64,000 nucleotides of DNA from Amphiscolops sp. MND2022. Its lineage: Eukaryota. Shown in pieces: positions 1 through 14,756 of the stretch. The translations under genes and the position numbers were made by a program. Location of the stretch: assembly GCA_964187785.1 (NCBI GenBank), contig OZ076415.1, positions 33,852,001-33,916,000 on the forward strand, read 5' to 3'. The stretch's first letter is position 1. Each line of letters opens with the position of its first letter. The notes under the pieces are model-generated. The model worked only from the letters and a program-made list of their open reading frames with translations. It ran no database searches and was not told where the DNA came from.

Positions 1-1416
1 AACAGGCTAAGTTTGCTCATAATAACGGTCTTAATTCTGACCAGTGTTCAAGAGCTTTATCAGGCTCTCATAGCAAAGTAATGAGGGTACTGCAACCCAG
101 CCTTCGAGGTTCAGCAAGATTTTCAGGTTTTGCTCCGTATAAAAAATACACAAAACGAATCTGTGAACAGTAGAGAATCGAATTATGGAATCACTGTCTG
201 AGAAATATACTGCCAAAGTTCCCTCTTACAGGATCGACAGGACCATTGATACCAAGATTTTTCAGCAAACATGCTTCCAAATTCAATACTGGGATGCTTA
301 CAAACCAAGGCAATTTACGAGAACAAAAAAGCCAAATATCAAGAACATCATTACTACTCTATATCTGCAACCACGACGAGCATTTTAACGTCACTTGCAG
401 TTTTTACAGAAGTTTGAGAAAAGAGCACGAAAAATTTGGGCCATTTGAAGAACTAAGTAAGAAGAAAAAACCATAAAAACATGAAACAACTTGTTGGGTT
501 TGGTTAACAAAATTATCTCGTTTTTTTATACTTTGCAACTAAAACTCACCTGATGGAAAGAAATCATGATCTTTTGTAAGTTTTATAGAATACTTTTATA
601 ATCATGGCCTGCGAATGAGGCATTTTTTTGTTTAGAGTTTTTTAAAAAATATATCCTGCAACAAACATGGTTCGCAATTCGACAAAAAATGTTTGGATAC
701 ATCCGCAGAAAGATGATCGGACCATACTTGCTAGTCCAATCAAAATTGCAAATTGTCCGACAGAAGCTCCTCTACCTACACTGTTGCCATAGACGTTCAC
801 GCCAAAGACGACACACGAAGTTATGAAAGATATCCTACGCGCTTCCAAACAGATGTCGAGATGTCGGCACCAATGTCGAACTTGGAATGCTGAGATGTGG
901 AACTTAGAAATGGAAATGTAAGCGAACCAAATCCATGGTTCAACGGCTTCGTGAGAAAAAAATATTTTTTTGAGCGGAGTCTCGTACCGTACGATACGAG
1001 CCTCTTAATCTTTTCAAAATCGAGTGTTCTTTTCTTATTGGCTTTTCAAATAATATTTCAGTGCCCTGAGTAGTAGTGGAAGTAAAAAACTCATCCCCGG
1101 TTAAGGAAGTACGAGAATAGCACCAAAAATTCCATGGCATATTAAAGCTACAAAAATTGCTAATTGAAAAATTAGCAAACTGATCGATTGTAAATATAGG
1201 TAATCTACATCGAATTTAGTCAAGATTGCGGCACTTGAAAGTTGCTAATGGCAGGTTGAAGTGTAGATTTCGAAGCCTCAAGTTTTATTAGTAGCGCGTT
1301 TTGCTGTGACGACGAAATGTTCATCCGAACACCGTTTCTTGTTAAGGGGTTCCCTACAGAAACAATGAGAAGCAAATCTGGAAGATTCATCACAACGAAT
1401 CAGGAGATATTTCAAT

Positions 1417-3010
1417 TGTCGCAGCCTCAGGGTTGCTCTGGAAATGTTATGCAAGCTTGAGAGAGAACCTCGAGTACGATTCAAAGTAGTAAGCCCCAGG
1501 CAGTTTGAACCCTATAACCTAAATAAACTCTGTTTCTTTACCATTTGTTTACCTTCTTAATTGGGCATTTAACAAGTCATGTCTATTTTTGTTTTCATGT
1601 TTTATCAGGATATATGTAACATAGAGTCCATTTTAGTTTTTACCTTAAATTTATAAAGATTTGGTGAATCATCTTATTGAAATCGGGTCCTTATTGTGAA
1701 AGGAACTATAAGTGATAACTACACATGAAACTTCTGAATAATTGCCATTGAGTCATTATACAGATTAATCGTGATGTATATGCTTCATTGTGCTGATTTC
1801 AATTCTCACATGTTCAATATCATGCGGTATTGCTCTGGCGCCTATACGGCAATATGCTGAGGAATGCTATCGCATATACGTCAAAATGCGGAAATCTGCC
1901 ACTTCCATCACATGGCGTTGTAAGTTGAATATATGATGTCTATACGTCACTATCCCGAAGATATGTGATGTATATATGATATCGTGCGGAAACATTCCCT
2001 TTTGATTATGCTGTGCTGCATTCTTTTCCTTGCAATGTTTATTCGTTACCTTGCACATCCTAAGTAACGTATACACGTTGAACTGCAATATTCCAGGGAT
2101 TTAAACCTTTTCTTATCACATGGATGTTAGATGTCATGCAATAAACATATTTGGGTTATAAATCCAATTGCGTCACATGATATCAGGTTAGTTATACTTT
2201 TGATGATGGTGACAAGTAAAATAGCAAGTGTCATGGTTTGATAATTATCGAGGAAAAGTGCTAGGATAAAGGACACAACAATAAAAAACCTTCCTTGAAA
2301 ACAGTTGCTTCGTTTAGTCTGAAATACTGTAAATGCAGTTTTTTTCGACTTTTGTTGAATTCCTTGTTTTCAACTGGACATGTGTCTAACTTGATAATTC
2401 AATTTCTTCCCCAGCAAGCATAACAATTTTTCACTTGAGAGAAAAGGGAAACAGAAATCGGAGGTCTAGAAGACTTGAGACACCATCCCCAGGTAGAGAA
2501 GAGGAGAGAACTCAGATAAAAATCCCAAACACAGGTAATGCAACTTTAACTAATTTTAATATCAATGTGCAAGAAAGTGTAGGTAAAAATAACCCAGGAA
2601 ACCAATTAGTTGAACCTAGTCAAATCAGTACCTGCATCAAAACGTAGACTGAAAACTTCGAACGAAAAAATAACGACAGAATAATGAAAATGAGAGAAGA
2701 GTTGGAAAACAAGTTCGAAGCAATTTTGATTGAAATAAGGACAAAGAAAAATGCACCAACAATAACAAATCCCAGATCTGAAAGAACGGAACTCAGAACT
2801 CTCAACCTTTGGGATCCAAAGTAACAGGTCTAATGGAATTTCACGCGTCTAACGTAGCAAATTCAGATACAGAAGATGAAAATAACCATCCTCTAAGGGC
2901 CTCAGAAACGCATGAACTTAGGAATCCTGCTAGAACGATTTACAAGAGCATACCGGTCTTAGATGAAACAATTGTATCAAATGAGGACTTTGAGGAGGAG
3001 GATTATCACA
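1417..3010 (+). repeat. 5' LTR of element A (1594 bp)
   Basis: Aligns by eye along its length with 15279-16744; TG...CA ends; followed by TGGTGAGAGG. Confidence 0.88.
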
Positions 3011-4100
3011 TGGTGAGAGGTGCCAACCGACAACTCCATAGACAAAGCTGACAAAAACTAAATGACACAATAGGATCCACGCAAACGAAAATTTGACAAA
3101 CTCGACAACAACACCACTTGACCCAGTTAATCAGATTGCACTTGCCATAGGAAAACTGGCGAACAAAAATTCCCCACAATCATTAATTCACCCAAAACAT
3201 ACACAATCATTCAATGAAAACAAAAAACGAGAAAAAAGAGAAATTCGAATACTTCGAAGATTTGTTCCACACAACACTGCAACCCAACCTAACAGAGGAC
3301 ATAAAAATCAACTATTTTCACGCCCACCTGAAGGGTTTGGCACTTGAAACATTCAAAAACATACAAAGAACGCCAAACACAATTTTGGAAGACATCCTAA
3401 ATGTCTTTCGACGCAAATACGTAAAATCGGCATCAGCAAAGCACATATTCAACAGACACTCATTCGATCCGGAAATTCAGAAACTCCCGGATTTTCTAGA
3501 AGAACTCCAAAAGAGCGCTGAAAAACCGTTTGCGGATAACGCCCACCAGATGATAGAGAATCTCCTCAATGCCACAATGCCTCCCCAGCTCAAAGTCCAT
3601 TAATCAAGCATACCTTGAGAATGGTACATAAAGTCAAATTGTCTATCATCTCGAAAGAGAGTTGGAACTCAACGGTCTAGAGGCTGACGAACCCCTCGTT
3701 AAGACTCGAATGACCGCCACCAAAAAAGAACCAAACACTGAAAAATCCAACAAAAAACAAACTAGAAAACCAAAACACAAACCCATAAAACAGTTCCCGA
3801 CAAAATACTCATTAGTGACCAATGCCGTTATTGCAAAGATGCCAGCCATAAGATGACTGACTGCCCCAAATTAGCTAAACGGCGCAAACTTGAAGAAGAC
3901 CCGGACGCACCTAAATGTCTCAACTGCAAAACCCCGGGTCACGAAGAAGAGGATTGCTTTTTTGGTGCCAAATAACAGGCCAATTAACAGGCCGCCAAAA
4001 TGGAACTTAAAGGAAGCACAGAAAAAACCAATTGAAGAATACAAACAAGCTGAAAAACCAATGAGACCAAAAATCAAACGACACCAGGATGAAAATCTTA
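2435..4100 (+). pseudogene. gag: gag of element A (frameshifted; begins inside the LTR)
   Basis: ORF pieces 2435-2647, 2809-3051, 3214-3603, 3662-3856; EKFEYFEDLFHT...YFHAHLKG matches B gag; two CCHC knuckles CRYCKDASHKMTDC and CLNCKTPGHEEEDC at about 3820-3960. Confidence 0.85.
3011..3022 (+). promoter_or_regulatory. Primer-binding site of element A (TGGTGAGAGGTG)
   Basis: TGG immediately after the LTR-terminal CA; same position and similar sequence as in element B. Primer tRNA not certain. Confidence 0.7.
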
Positions 4101-7100
4101 CTGAACACATACAATTTGACAAAGAACGAAACTTGTCAATTCACCCAATTTCAACTTCTTTAATATTGAAGCGAAAACGACACATGTACTACATTCCAAT
4201 GGACCTCGAAAAACTTAGACTTGATGGTCTTATTGATACTGGAGCTCATACCAGTGCACTCTCCGAACAAGACCTCAATAAAATTAAGTTGCTAGCAAAT
4301 GAAGCGATCAAAGATACTGGCCTTCCCGCAAACTTCCAAGGTATGGTGACCAATGGACAACTAGAGGTCCCAATTGGTACAGTCTTTCTTGAACTAGAAG
4401 TGGCTGACTTCATGTTCAAAGAAAACCTCATAATCATGAAAAACCTATCAAACGCTCTAATTGGGTTGTGTTTCCTTCGCCGAAATGACGCGATTTTCGA
4501 TGTCACACAAGTTATCTTAACAATTTCTTATTTTTCAATGCAACTTAAACCAGATACCCAAGCAGTAAAACGACAGGCAACAACAATACTTGCGGAAACT
4601 ACCTACACTCTACAACCAGGTGAAACACGCGCCATTGCAAGCAAAATGCCACATTTGATGGACCATGACGCGACAGGAATAATACACCCATCACAACAAT
4701 TTGAACACCATGATAGCATCTTCATCACAGCATCGCTTAGCACTGTTATCGGATATCAAAGCATCAATTTTTCTGAATTACCACACATAATGACTCTCGA
4801 CACCCATGTAGCGGATTTCAAGATACTCACTCCAGAACAAATCAAACACATACAACCAGTAGACCCAGCGTTGCTACCCTTCATTATACCACAAGAAGAA
4901 ACAACAGATGTCTACATCAATGAACTCCTAAATTTTCATACCCAAACTCAGAGCACGAAACATACTGGTTCCCTACCCCTGAAAAACCAGGTGATCCAGC
5001 AACATACACCCCAATTCAACAACGTATCTACAATTAACTCATCGAACTGAAGAAACTTGAAACACTTAACCCATATGACAATGAGTCATCACGGAAAACC
5101 TTCCTCTCAAACTTCGATTGGTCTAATACAACACAGCCCAGACAAACGACAGGAAATTGAAAAGATCCTCATTGCATTTCACGACATTTTTGCTAGACAC
5201 CGATTTGATATTGGCATAAACAGTGAATTCAAAGTAAAACTCCCACCCAATGACGACAGACCTGCACACAGCCAACGTCTATCAACACCGATCAACCTCA
5301 AAGCTGATATCACAGTAGAACTTGCACTCCTACACAAATATGGTAACATTACTACTCTACCTTTCTCCAAATACGCTAGCCCAATTTTTGCTCAACGCAA
5401 GCCCAACCTGTGTCTTAGACTTCTTGTCGATCCTAGGAAATCAACAATCTCATCACTGAAGATTATGTCAATAACAACCACCCGGTGAGCACCATACAGG
5501 ATGCAGCCCAACATTTGGCAGGGGAAAAACTTTTTCTGCAAATGGGATTGCTCACAGACTTACCACTGCCTTCAAATGGCAGATTATTAGTCCATCCAAA
5601 TGCTCGCTTTCAATTTTGCTAGCAGAACATTTGCCTATCGTCGTCTAGTCCATGGTCTCAGAAAATCACTTTCTGCATTCTCCAGCAAAGCAATAACAGC
5701 TGACCAATGCGCGCATAATGTCGATGACATTGGCATCGCAGCCAACGACACAAAACATTTTTTTCAAAATATTAGAACCGTCTTTGAATGCAAACGCAAT
5801 GCGTGATTGAAACTCTCAATGTCAAAGCGTCATTTCGGAGTAAAACAAGTCGACTCCTTGGGTCGTACAATCACACCAGATGGATTTGCCCCTCAAGCCG
5901 ACGAAGTGAAAGACTTCCTTTCAAAACTTAGATTTCCCAAATCACAAAAGGCGCTACAAAGGTTATCGGGCTCTTAAACAATTACCGAAATTACCTACCA
6001 CGCTTTTCGGAACGGCTCTTTCCGTTCTTCAAACTCGCTAAAGAATTTTCCAAATTCTATGTTTCAACAATTTTGGTAGAAAATTTTACAAACCTCAACA
6101 TACTCCTCAAAACATCTTGCCGATTAGCATTGAAGCAACTACTGAAGAACAAACAACTCATAGTTTTGTCCGATGCAAGCTTCAGAGCAACAGGATATGC
6201 TATAATGATCGAAGATGACCCGAATCAAAAACTACAATTCAAACGCGAAGCATATGCACTCATAGCGTTTGGCTCAAAAACTTTCAATCCAACACAGACG
6301 AAAATGTCAATTTGTGCGGAAGAACTCCTTTCCATATATTTTACATTGGTCGAGTTTCGACACCTCATGCGGGGAAGCACCTTCCCAGTCATCGTGTTCA
6401 CAGAAAATTGTTTAGTAACCCAATTTTTCCAAACAAAGATGATTCCCACAGCACTTTGGAATGCAAGCGAATTTGTCTTACAATACAATTTCGTAATCGC
6501 CCATGTCCTTGGATCAATGAACACTGCAGCCGCTTTCTTATCTAGAACAGAAGTCGATCCAACTGAAAAAATTAGAGAAAACTATTCGAAATTATTTTCA
6601 CACAAAAGCAATTGAAGTGAATATTCAATCATCTGGCATTGTTGAAGAAGGACAAATCTATGTTCTCCCCAACAATTAAATTGATGAGAACCAAATTTAG
6701 GAATGAAAACAAAACATTCGCAATCAAGCTCAGACTGAGTCACGCAACTACCCAGAGAATGACGTCTCCGAACTACAACAATTCCACAAACTTTCATCAG
6801 GTCTGATCTTACTTTCTTCGAGATGCTTCAAAGACAACGCAAGAATTCGCCTGGAGCAAAATATTGATATAGTACTCAGGAATCTGAGAACCCAAAATCA
6901 AAGGTCACCCCGTGATGAGACGAGTTGGCTTCGGATTATCGATACCAACAGTAACTACAGACCATCACCAGAATAGAAATCAAACAGGAAGTCCTAATCT
7001 CCCACCTAGCGGAGGTTATGACCATATCATCACTGCAACAGATGTCTTCTCGAGATACTTGTTTGCTTATCCTGTAACTCGCATAACTGCAACTAGATTC

Positions 7101-8309
7101 ATCATGGATATATTATGCAAACACACCTCCCTCCCAACAACAAAAATAACTGATATAGTAACTTAATTCAATGCTCAAGTAATCCATGAAATTGCATCAG
7201 TGCTTGGAATTGAGATCAAACATGCAACGATGAAACATGCCCAAACAATAGGACTAGTTGAGAGAACTCATGCTTCAGTCAAAAGGCACCTAAAAGCCGC
7301 AGCAGGCGATTTTAGAAACAACTGGCATTAATACCTCCCTCTGGCAGTCAACAACACAACAAACCATGCATCACTCGGTTGTGAGCCTTCACGAGTTTTC
7401 CATGGTAGGATACCACACAATATCCTAGACTATAAACTTGGATACAATCCTAACCCAAGATATTAACTACAAACTGACAGAGCTGAAGAAATCCAGAAAA
7501 GAATGAAAATTCTTCTAGATCAAACGAAGAAGATTATCATGCATTTCTATCTCAAGAACAAAGCGTATTATGATAGAAAAGCAAAAGCAGCTCCGCTTGA
7601 TACTACGGACTATTGCAATAATCTTAATCCAAAGGCTGATACGCAAGCAACAAAAACATCATTCCGAGAATTCAGATGGTGCGGAACGTATAAAGTAGAA
7701 AAAGTGCACCCTAACAAAAACTATATTGTCCAGAGACTTGGAATAAATAAAACTGGTGATGACTACTACACAAGATTCGTCTGCGGAAATTCTTTCCGCA
7801 AGCTCCATTAGCAGACATATTTGTTTGTGAAACTGTTTGGCAAAAAGATGACCAAATGCCCATAGCAAATGATGATCTGTATGACCAATCTTGGAACACA
7901 ATTTTCGGTTCTTATCCGTTTGATGAGGGTCCTTCAGACTATCCACAAACTACTGAAGACACCGAATATATCTCAATTCAAACACCCGAAAATAAACACC
8001 AACCCTCCCCTGGATCTTCAAAACATAGTGGGGGAGCCCAGTGGGTCAGACCACTGAAACAGACGAAAATCATGAAAATGAAATTCCACAACAAACCAGT
8101 GAAGTTGATCAAATTAATCAAAAAACGCAAAAAGATACAAATATTCACTCAGAAAAAATGTTCAAAAAAACAGAATTTTCACAAAGCACACCTTTGCAAG
8201 AAGAGAATCCATAAATAAATCTTTGCGAGAATCCATAAATACTCGTGGTGAGAAATACAACTTACGTCCCAACCCTAACCCAAACTCCTCAGACTCTTAC
8301 AGATACTAA
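4100..8309 (+). pseudogene. pol: pol of element A (PR-RT-RNaseH-IN; many stops and frameshifts)
   Basis: LIDTGA protease motif; HNVDDIGI RT motif; LSDASF RNase H; TDVFSRYLFAYP integrase core; ends YNLRPNPNPNSSDSYRY*, like B's YNLRSNPNTNYSEDFRY*. Confidence 0.92.
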
Positions 8310-8520
8310 TAAAACACAGACTGAAAATGATCTTCTTCCTTTTTCCAGCCAACTCTTTTCTTGTCAAAGCTTTGCCTTCGTGAAAGTGCAATCGTTCAGA
8401 AAAAACAGTGTCGACTGACAAATAAATACAGAAACCATAAAATCATGAAGAATGAAACATAAAACAAATACTATGAGAACCAGAACAAAATAGGAAAAGC
8501 ATCAATTTCACGCAGACTCT

Positions 8521-11500
8521 TCATTTAGTTCTTTTTGCCTTTGGAAGACTTGAGTTTTGTCCCCTTGTCTCCAGACGTACACATCCGTCACAACGAGAAA
8601 CGGCAACAGTAGTTTTTCCCGGGAGGAATTTCGACGAAGGAGAATTATTGCTGCTGGTTGACCCACTCCCGTATTCGGCAACGGCCTCAGCAGGAAGACA
8701 CAAACTCTCAGGCTTAACAACAGCACTGCGACATGAAGCCTCCAGTTTACTCAGTAATGCTTGTCTCCTAAGTGCTCCACCTTTTAAGAAGTTCCAAACG
8801 GAAAACTTCTTGTCCCGAAGCAGCTCTCGTCCTCTAATAAACGAAACACTCGGCTAATAGATCGGGGATCACGAAACAGACTGGACAAATTAGAAACGGA
8901 GAGGTAACACATCTGCAAACTGTCAACGAAAGACTGAAACATATCTTTACCGGACTCGAGTTCAGGCGTAAGGATATTGAAGGGGCGTGGAGGCTCGAGC
9001 AATGGTGGTAGACACAAACTAGCATACCAGAATACCCGGTGTAACTCCCCTCGGCTCTGCAACTCATAGTGTCCAGATAGAAATTGGAACCAATCGGTAG
9101 TATCAGCAACTTGAGTTGACCGTAAATTGGTAACAAAAGCGCGATACTGGCTAAGTGCTTCGGACTTGTCACTCACTGTGATCATCCGCTTTGAATCAAA
9201 ATAACCATTCAAGCACTCAATAGCTGTCGTATAGTGGTCTTCAGATCCATCTAGCATAACAGCAGAATCGAAACTAGCAAGGCCTCGAAGCCGATCCGAC
9301 TTGATAATGTCATGAGACAGTAAAGTCAGTAACCTCTGAATTGTCTAAAACACAATCAAATCAACATACAGAGCGTGTGAAGTACATTGACAACATTGCA
9401 ATCAATATCCTGAATGAATGAAAGTATTACGCAATAATGCGTGTTTAACTACAAAATATGCACGTTCATACGAGTGCTTCCTGATGATTATACGGCGTTG
9501 TTCTAGTTTAAATCTCAACAATACGTCATTACCCGGGAAACGCAGTGACGATTATGCGATACTGTACGTATTACAATTGTAACTATAGGTCATCATACGT
9601 CTTCCAAGTTCTGCCAACTCTGTGATATGCGGGAATCTATGTGAGTTATATACGTTACTATGCGATTTCTGGGATATTTTGTTATACGCCATAATGCTGT
9701 AACAACGAAGAAGATTATGCGCTGTTGTATAATCCGACCACACAACTACACGTCACTACGCAGTAATATGAATGTGGAGTATGCGTCACTATACGTAAAA
9801 TTGAAATGAAGATACAGAGGCCCGCGATTTGACTGAAAACCGGAAATTCCACACGTGGAATGCGTGATTCTTGAAAAATTCTCTAGAGTTGAGTTTCGGG
9901 TAAAAACTCCCGATTGAATGAGCTTAAAGATGGAAAAGAAAATCAGTTGAACAGAAAACACCTATCAGTAAATAGCGGAGACAATTATAAAGAGAAGTGC
10001 TCTAACAATGATCTAAGATACAGCGAATGATGAAGAGCCCCGCCAGGTAGGCTGTATTGAGCCAAAAACACTCGTCAATTGCGTTAAGCTAAAAGCGATA
10101 CAAAAATTAGTAAGCTATGCAAAAACAACAAATATAATTCATAATGACAGAATCTACCTACCTCCCTCATGTGGAACCTGTATGCTGGCAATCCAGATAC
10201 CCGTGTCAGGTGTTCCAATACAAAGTCCTAATGAGCAGACAGGGACCCGATTATCTCCCAAGCTTCAGGGAAAGTGTATGAAAGGTTCATCACGCACTGG
10301 AAACAAAACAGGGGAAAGTGAGCTGAAAGGTGACTACTTTTTAATGTAACTAGAAAAGTAAAAGATGTACCTTGTGCAGTATTGGAAGCGATTGTAACCA
10401 TTCCCTGTCTTGTGCCGTACGGAGCTTCATGAGTAGGTAATCAAGAACAGAACGAAAGTCATGTCGCTCGAGTATTTTTGAAGTGGGTATTGAAAGACAT
10501 CTTTCATGCTCCGTAGGCCCGAAACTGCTGGTAACTTTTGGGCGGTAATTGCCAGGCAATGAAGGAACCAAACAAGTATCAAGCTGTTCAGTACAATACA
10601 ACAGGCATATACAAGAAGGAGGTTTGTCCAAAAAACTCAAAAAACTCAAGTTTCAATGCTGAGAATGCGTTTCGGGAGCAGTAATCCTCTCGGTCCAGAT
10701 CCAAGTTAAAGTTGATGATAAACGTTTCCAGACCAATAATTCACGAATACCCTTGTAGAAGTGTGTGAGCATTGGAAGGACAATGATTATACCTCAGAAG
10801 TAGCGATCGCAGTAACTGTGTAGTTGAGTAACTCTCTGAACATGTAGACGGAAAAGAGAAAATCGAGGTAAATAGAAATCATTGCTTGAAAAAGAGCGAA
10901 GTCAATTAAAAAATCAACAGAACTCCACTTGAAACAACATTAGGAATTAGCAAGACTTACTAAAACACGTTGCTTACTCCAGCAGTAGGGTGAATGCTCT
11001 CCACTCAATGATGAAAGTCTGATCATTTCATTCCAAACTCCAATGAGACTGTCGACATGCCCGCCGAATTCTAAACCATGTTCAATGATCCCAATTTGCG
11101 CAAGAATATCTTCACTTGGGATAGAGGACGTGCTGAAATCTGGGAGTTTATCTTGGCCAACCAAAAGCCAGCAGGCATCTGGTTGCGGTGCGATTGGGTG
11201 CGTTTTTTTGGCGACTTTTTTTTGCTTCCTGCAATTTGATCCCACTCAGTTCATTCTCATAGCAATCATAAAGGGGCCTTCCTGGGTTTCCGAGCCTGAC
11301 TCTATGCTCTTTAATAAGATGTTACTTTGTACGGTAGTGCGAGAGTAATTCGAGGACTCCCCTGCTCCTCAGTGAGAACTCGACGCGACAGGCGCGACAA
11401 TACCACTTGTAGAGATTCTTATGTTGATCTAATCGGCCAGTTTCAACGAGTTTTAACACTGAGTGCTTTCTCAGCATGCTGGATTTTAAGACGTAATTCT

Positions 11501-12694
11501 GGCTTTGTCGCTTTCCTTCGTGGGCTTGTCTTCTTCACAAGATTGCAATCCGGCATTTCCCATGATTTGATCAATATCAGGCGCTGATATGCTGGCTTGT
11601 AACCGCCGCGTTGGTGATTGCGGTGGATCCTCAATTTCAACCAGTCGGATGTCCCGAGAGCCTCGTTTGGAAAGTTTGGGATTCTTGCGAACACACTGGT
11701 GAGGGTTAGAATCTCCTGGCACGTCACAACAATGCTTTTGGGAGGTTCGATGGGATCCATATTAACCTCCATATCACTAGTCTGGGGTGCAGTAGTACCG
11801 CTGGCAATGTTTAATCGAAGAGGGATTTCACATGCTATCATGGGTGGAGGACTTTTGGGTTCAGATTTGTCAATGTCTCTCGGCAGGAAACAAGTGAATT
11901 TTGGCGAAGTAGTCCATGAAGTTTCAGTTGTAGCGGTGCTATCGATCACGAAGTTGGAAGTTCCGAGAATGTCTGTAACCATCATAGAAGAAAGATCCGG
12001 AAGCTGAATAGAACCTTTCAGTTCACCAATAATTGCAAGGGTCGTACCGCTCCCTTCAATGAGTTCTTCTCCTCTCTCAGTCTCATCAAAAATAGCACTA
12101 TCATCAATCACGATACCAGTAGGTGAAGAAGAAATGTTCAAATCATCCGCGACTTCTCGGGCAATACCATCATTGTCTTCTGTGTTAGTGGCTGTCAGAG
12201 GTTTTTCACTAAGTGGGTGACCAAGAGGGTTCACATTTGAAAATTCAAGAGGAGTGTTCTCTTTGGTCGGGGATCGCCCAGGAGATTTAGCAGTCGCCTC
12301 GAGTTCGACTGAAACAAAACAATTTGCTCTCAATAAAAAGAGATTGAATCAAAATGGTGAAACCGTCCTAAAAGATCGCTGAAATCGGACGCGGTTGAAG
12401 GAAATCTTGAAATAACGGGAAGGGACTCAAAACTAAAACAGGAAGTGGATACGCTTCCAAACCAAAATCGAAAAATTGATTGACAATTAAAAGATCAGTT
12501 TCGTTGTTAGCCTGGCCAGCCTTATAGAAAAATCCTTTCCGATCAGAAAACTTAGATGAAACCTAGACGAAACAAAATGCAAACGAATCGAACTCACCGG
12601 GTGAATTCCCTGTTGACGACTTGTATCCCCAAGTAATCGTGTCCTTACTTGAAAGCAACTCCTTTCGGGATTTCCTTCTGCTCGACGAGTCCAT
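8521..12694 (-). pseudogene. Antisense spliced BED-finger/hAT-like accessory gene of element A (degenerate)
   Basis: Exon 12694-12598 (MDSSSRRK...) splices GTGAGT...TTTCAG (intron 12597-12309) in frame into the acidic ORF 11443-12333. WYCRACRVEFSLRSRGVLELLSHYRTK*H finger at about 11310-11410. Donors at 10960 (GTAAGT) and 10370. GLASFDSAVML...ELHRVFWYASLCL matches the B antisense protein. Confidence 0.78.
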
Positions 12695-13751
12695 GGTAGC
12701 TTTACCACGAGGTTGAGGGAATAAAAAAAATAAAAATGGAGAAGTGGCACAATGAAGGAACATGAATAATGACTATTGGCAATCTAGGGAAGAGAATAAT
12801 AGAAAGTATTAAGATTATGTACGAAACGGATTTAAGGTAACTAGACTAATTATCACTGGAAAAATTTAATTGGATGAAAGGAAAATGCAATTAGAACCGT
12901 AAACGATAATAAATCAAGAAGAAGGCGTGGCGTATACAATACAGGCCAAGAGCAAATTAGCACAAAATTTGCGCATCGATGGAGAAAATACTCGATTGTG
13001 ACTGGTTGATTAATCGCCGTTCGCTTCTGCCAGAGTGGATGGTGACGTAATTAATACAATCAAAGTTCGAGATGAATGTAAATCAAACAATTTTAAATCA
13101 TGTGGCAAGACGCTGTTTCGCTGGAACGAACATGCAGTAATATACAATAACGCCGCTACACATGCGGCATCATACGGGAATTCACAGCTGCATATACGGA
13201 ATTGTGCAAATAATCGCCGCTACACATGCATCGTTATACGGAAATTCGCAGTGACATGCGTGATCAGTTGCAAAGGATTACCATAACACATACGGCATCA
13301 TGCGGAGATTTGTAAATGAATGTACACAGTGATGGCGAATGTTCTCACCATTCACAAGGTGGCAATTGGAGAAGTATTGAAGGAAGCCAAACACCAATAC
13401 TGTTATTCATGCTTGATGTTACGCAATACAATAGCTGATGCCTATGTCTAGCTGAGCAGAAAATACCGCTCAGTTGACAATTCTCATATACCTATAAAAG
13501 ATTTTGCCCAGATCTTCGAACAAGAAACACTAGATGAAATATGAAGATTTTATGGTTTTTACAGATATAACGCACTTTCAAGTGCGGGACACATCTTGGA
13601 TGAATGAACATATATCAACACACTTACAAAGACATGGATATGTCCATACAGAAAACATCTTTATGTAAAACTTCATTCATATAATGAAATGATCAAGTCT
13701 TAAAACTCCACATATTCATAATTGTTGTCGGTTTTTTTCTTCGTTAATAAA

Positions 13752-14756
13752 TGAGATGAGTCATGTAATGTTCGTTTCTTTCCAAGTGAGTATGGATTTG
13801 CTTATGTATCACTTGAAATGATTGAACGCCGCGAGAATAAATAAGTCAGAGTGATAACACTTCAAAAGAGGTGGCAAAGGCGGCGAAAGAAGATTTTGTT
13901 TACACTTAATCGACACAAAACCCGATGACTCCTAACGATTATAAAAACATTTATCGATGAAAGACCCATATATGGACGAAGTAAACCCAAAGAAGATGAC
14001 AATCAGTTTTTTTGCGGAAAGGAAACTTAGCAAAAACGCAAGAAATTAAAGGGAGAATCACCATATGGTCTTTCATTCGCATCAGGAACAGTAACCCTGC
14101 TTGAACAAGATCTTTGTCAGTTTGAACATTTCTCACAGGTAACACCAATTTGAGATTTAATGCATCCGCAAAACGTTACTTGATCGCCGTTTCCAAAACG
14201 AAAAGAAGTAAATAATCTCCAATTCACTCTTGATGATACCCCACTAACGCCAATCGAGTCACATGGAATCTTTGATGTGTCCAGTGATTCTGGAGAAGAG
14301 TTCCTGGTGCAGTCTGGAAGTTTATCTGAATTAGAAGAAAGATTCAGGGTCGATGGACCCATGACAGACGTAATGTCAGCCTTTATGGTAGCTGCCACAG
14401 CTACTTTGTTCCCATCATGATCAATAGAGCCTGTCTCGGACGAAGTTATTGACACAGTTGGGTCTCCGTTGGAATTGACTAAAACTAGACATGCGTCAAC
14501 AAACAACTATGGGAGACCAACAGCGCCCATTCTCCCTGAGATGAGTCATGTAATGTTCGTTTCTTTCGAAGTGAGTATGGATTTGCTTATGTATCATTTG
14601 AAATGATTGAACGCCGCGAGAATAAATAAGTCAGAGTGATAACACTTCAAAAGAGGTGGCAAGGGCAGCGAAAGAAGATTTTGTTTACACTTAATCGACA
14701 CAAAACCCGATGACTCCTAACGATTATAAAAACATTTATCGATGAAAGACCCATAT
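13752..14756. repeat. Pair of 220-bp direct repeats (13752-13971 and 14537-14756) inside element A
   Basis: Near-identical TGAGATGAGTCATG...GAAAGACCCATAT copies separated by about 565 bp. Confidence 0.92.

Noticed and set aside
1-1416. Short ORFs at the window start (e.g. hydrophobic 642-848)
   Set aside because: No recognisable motif or exon structure could be supported.
14117-14506. 129-aa minus-strand ORF as a second antisense gene in element A
   Set aside because: No counterpart in B; the plus strand looks more protein-like, so this is probably a shadow frame.
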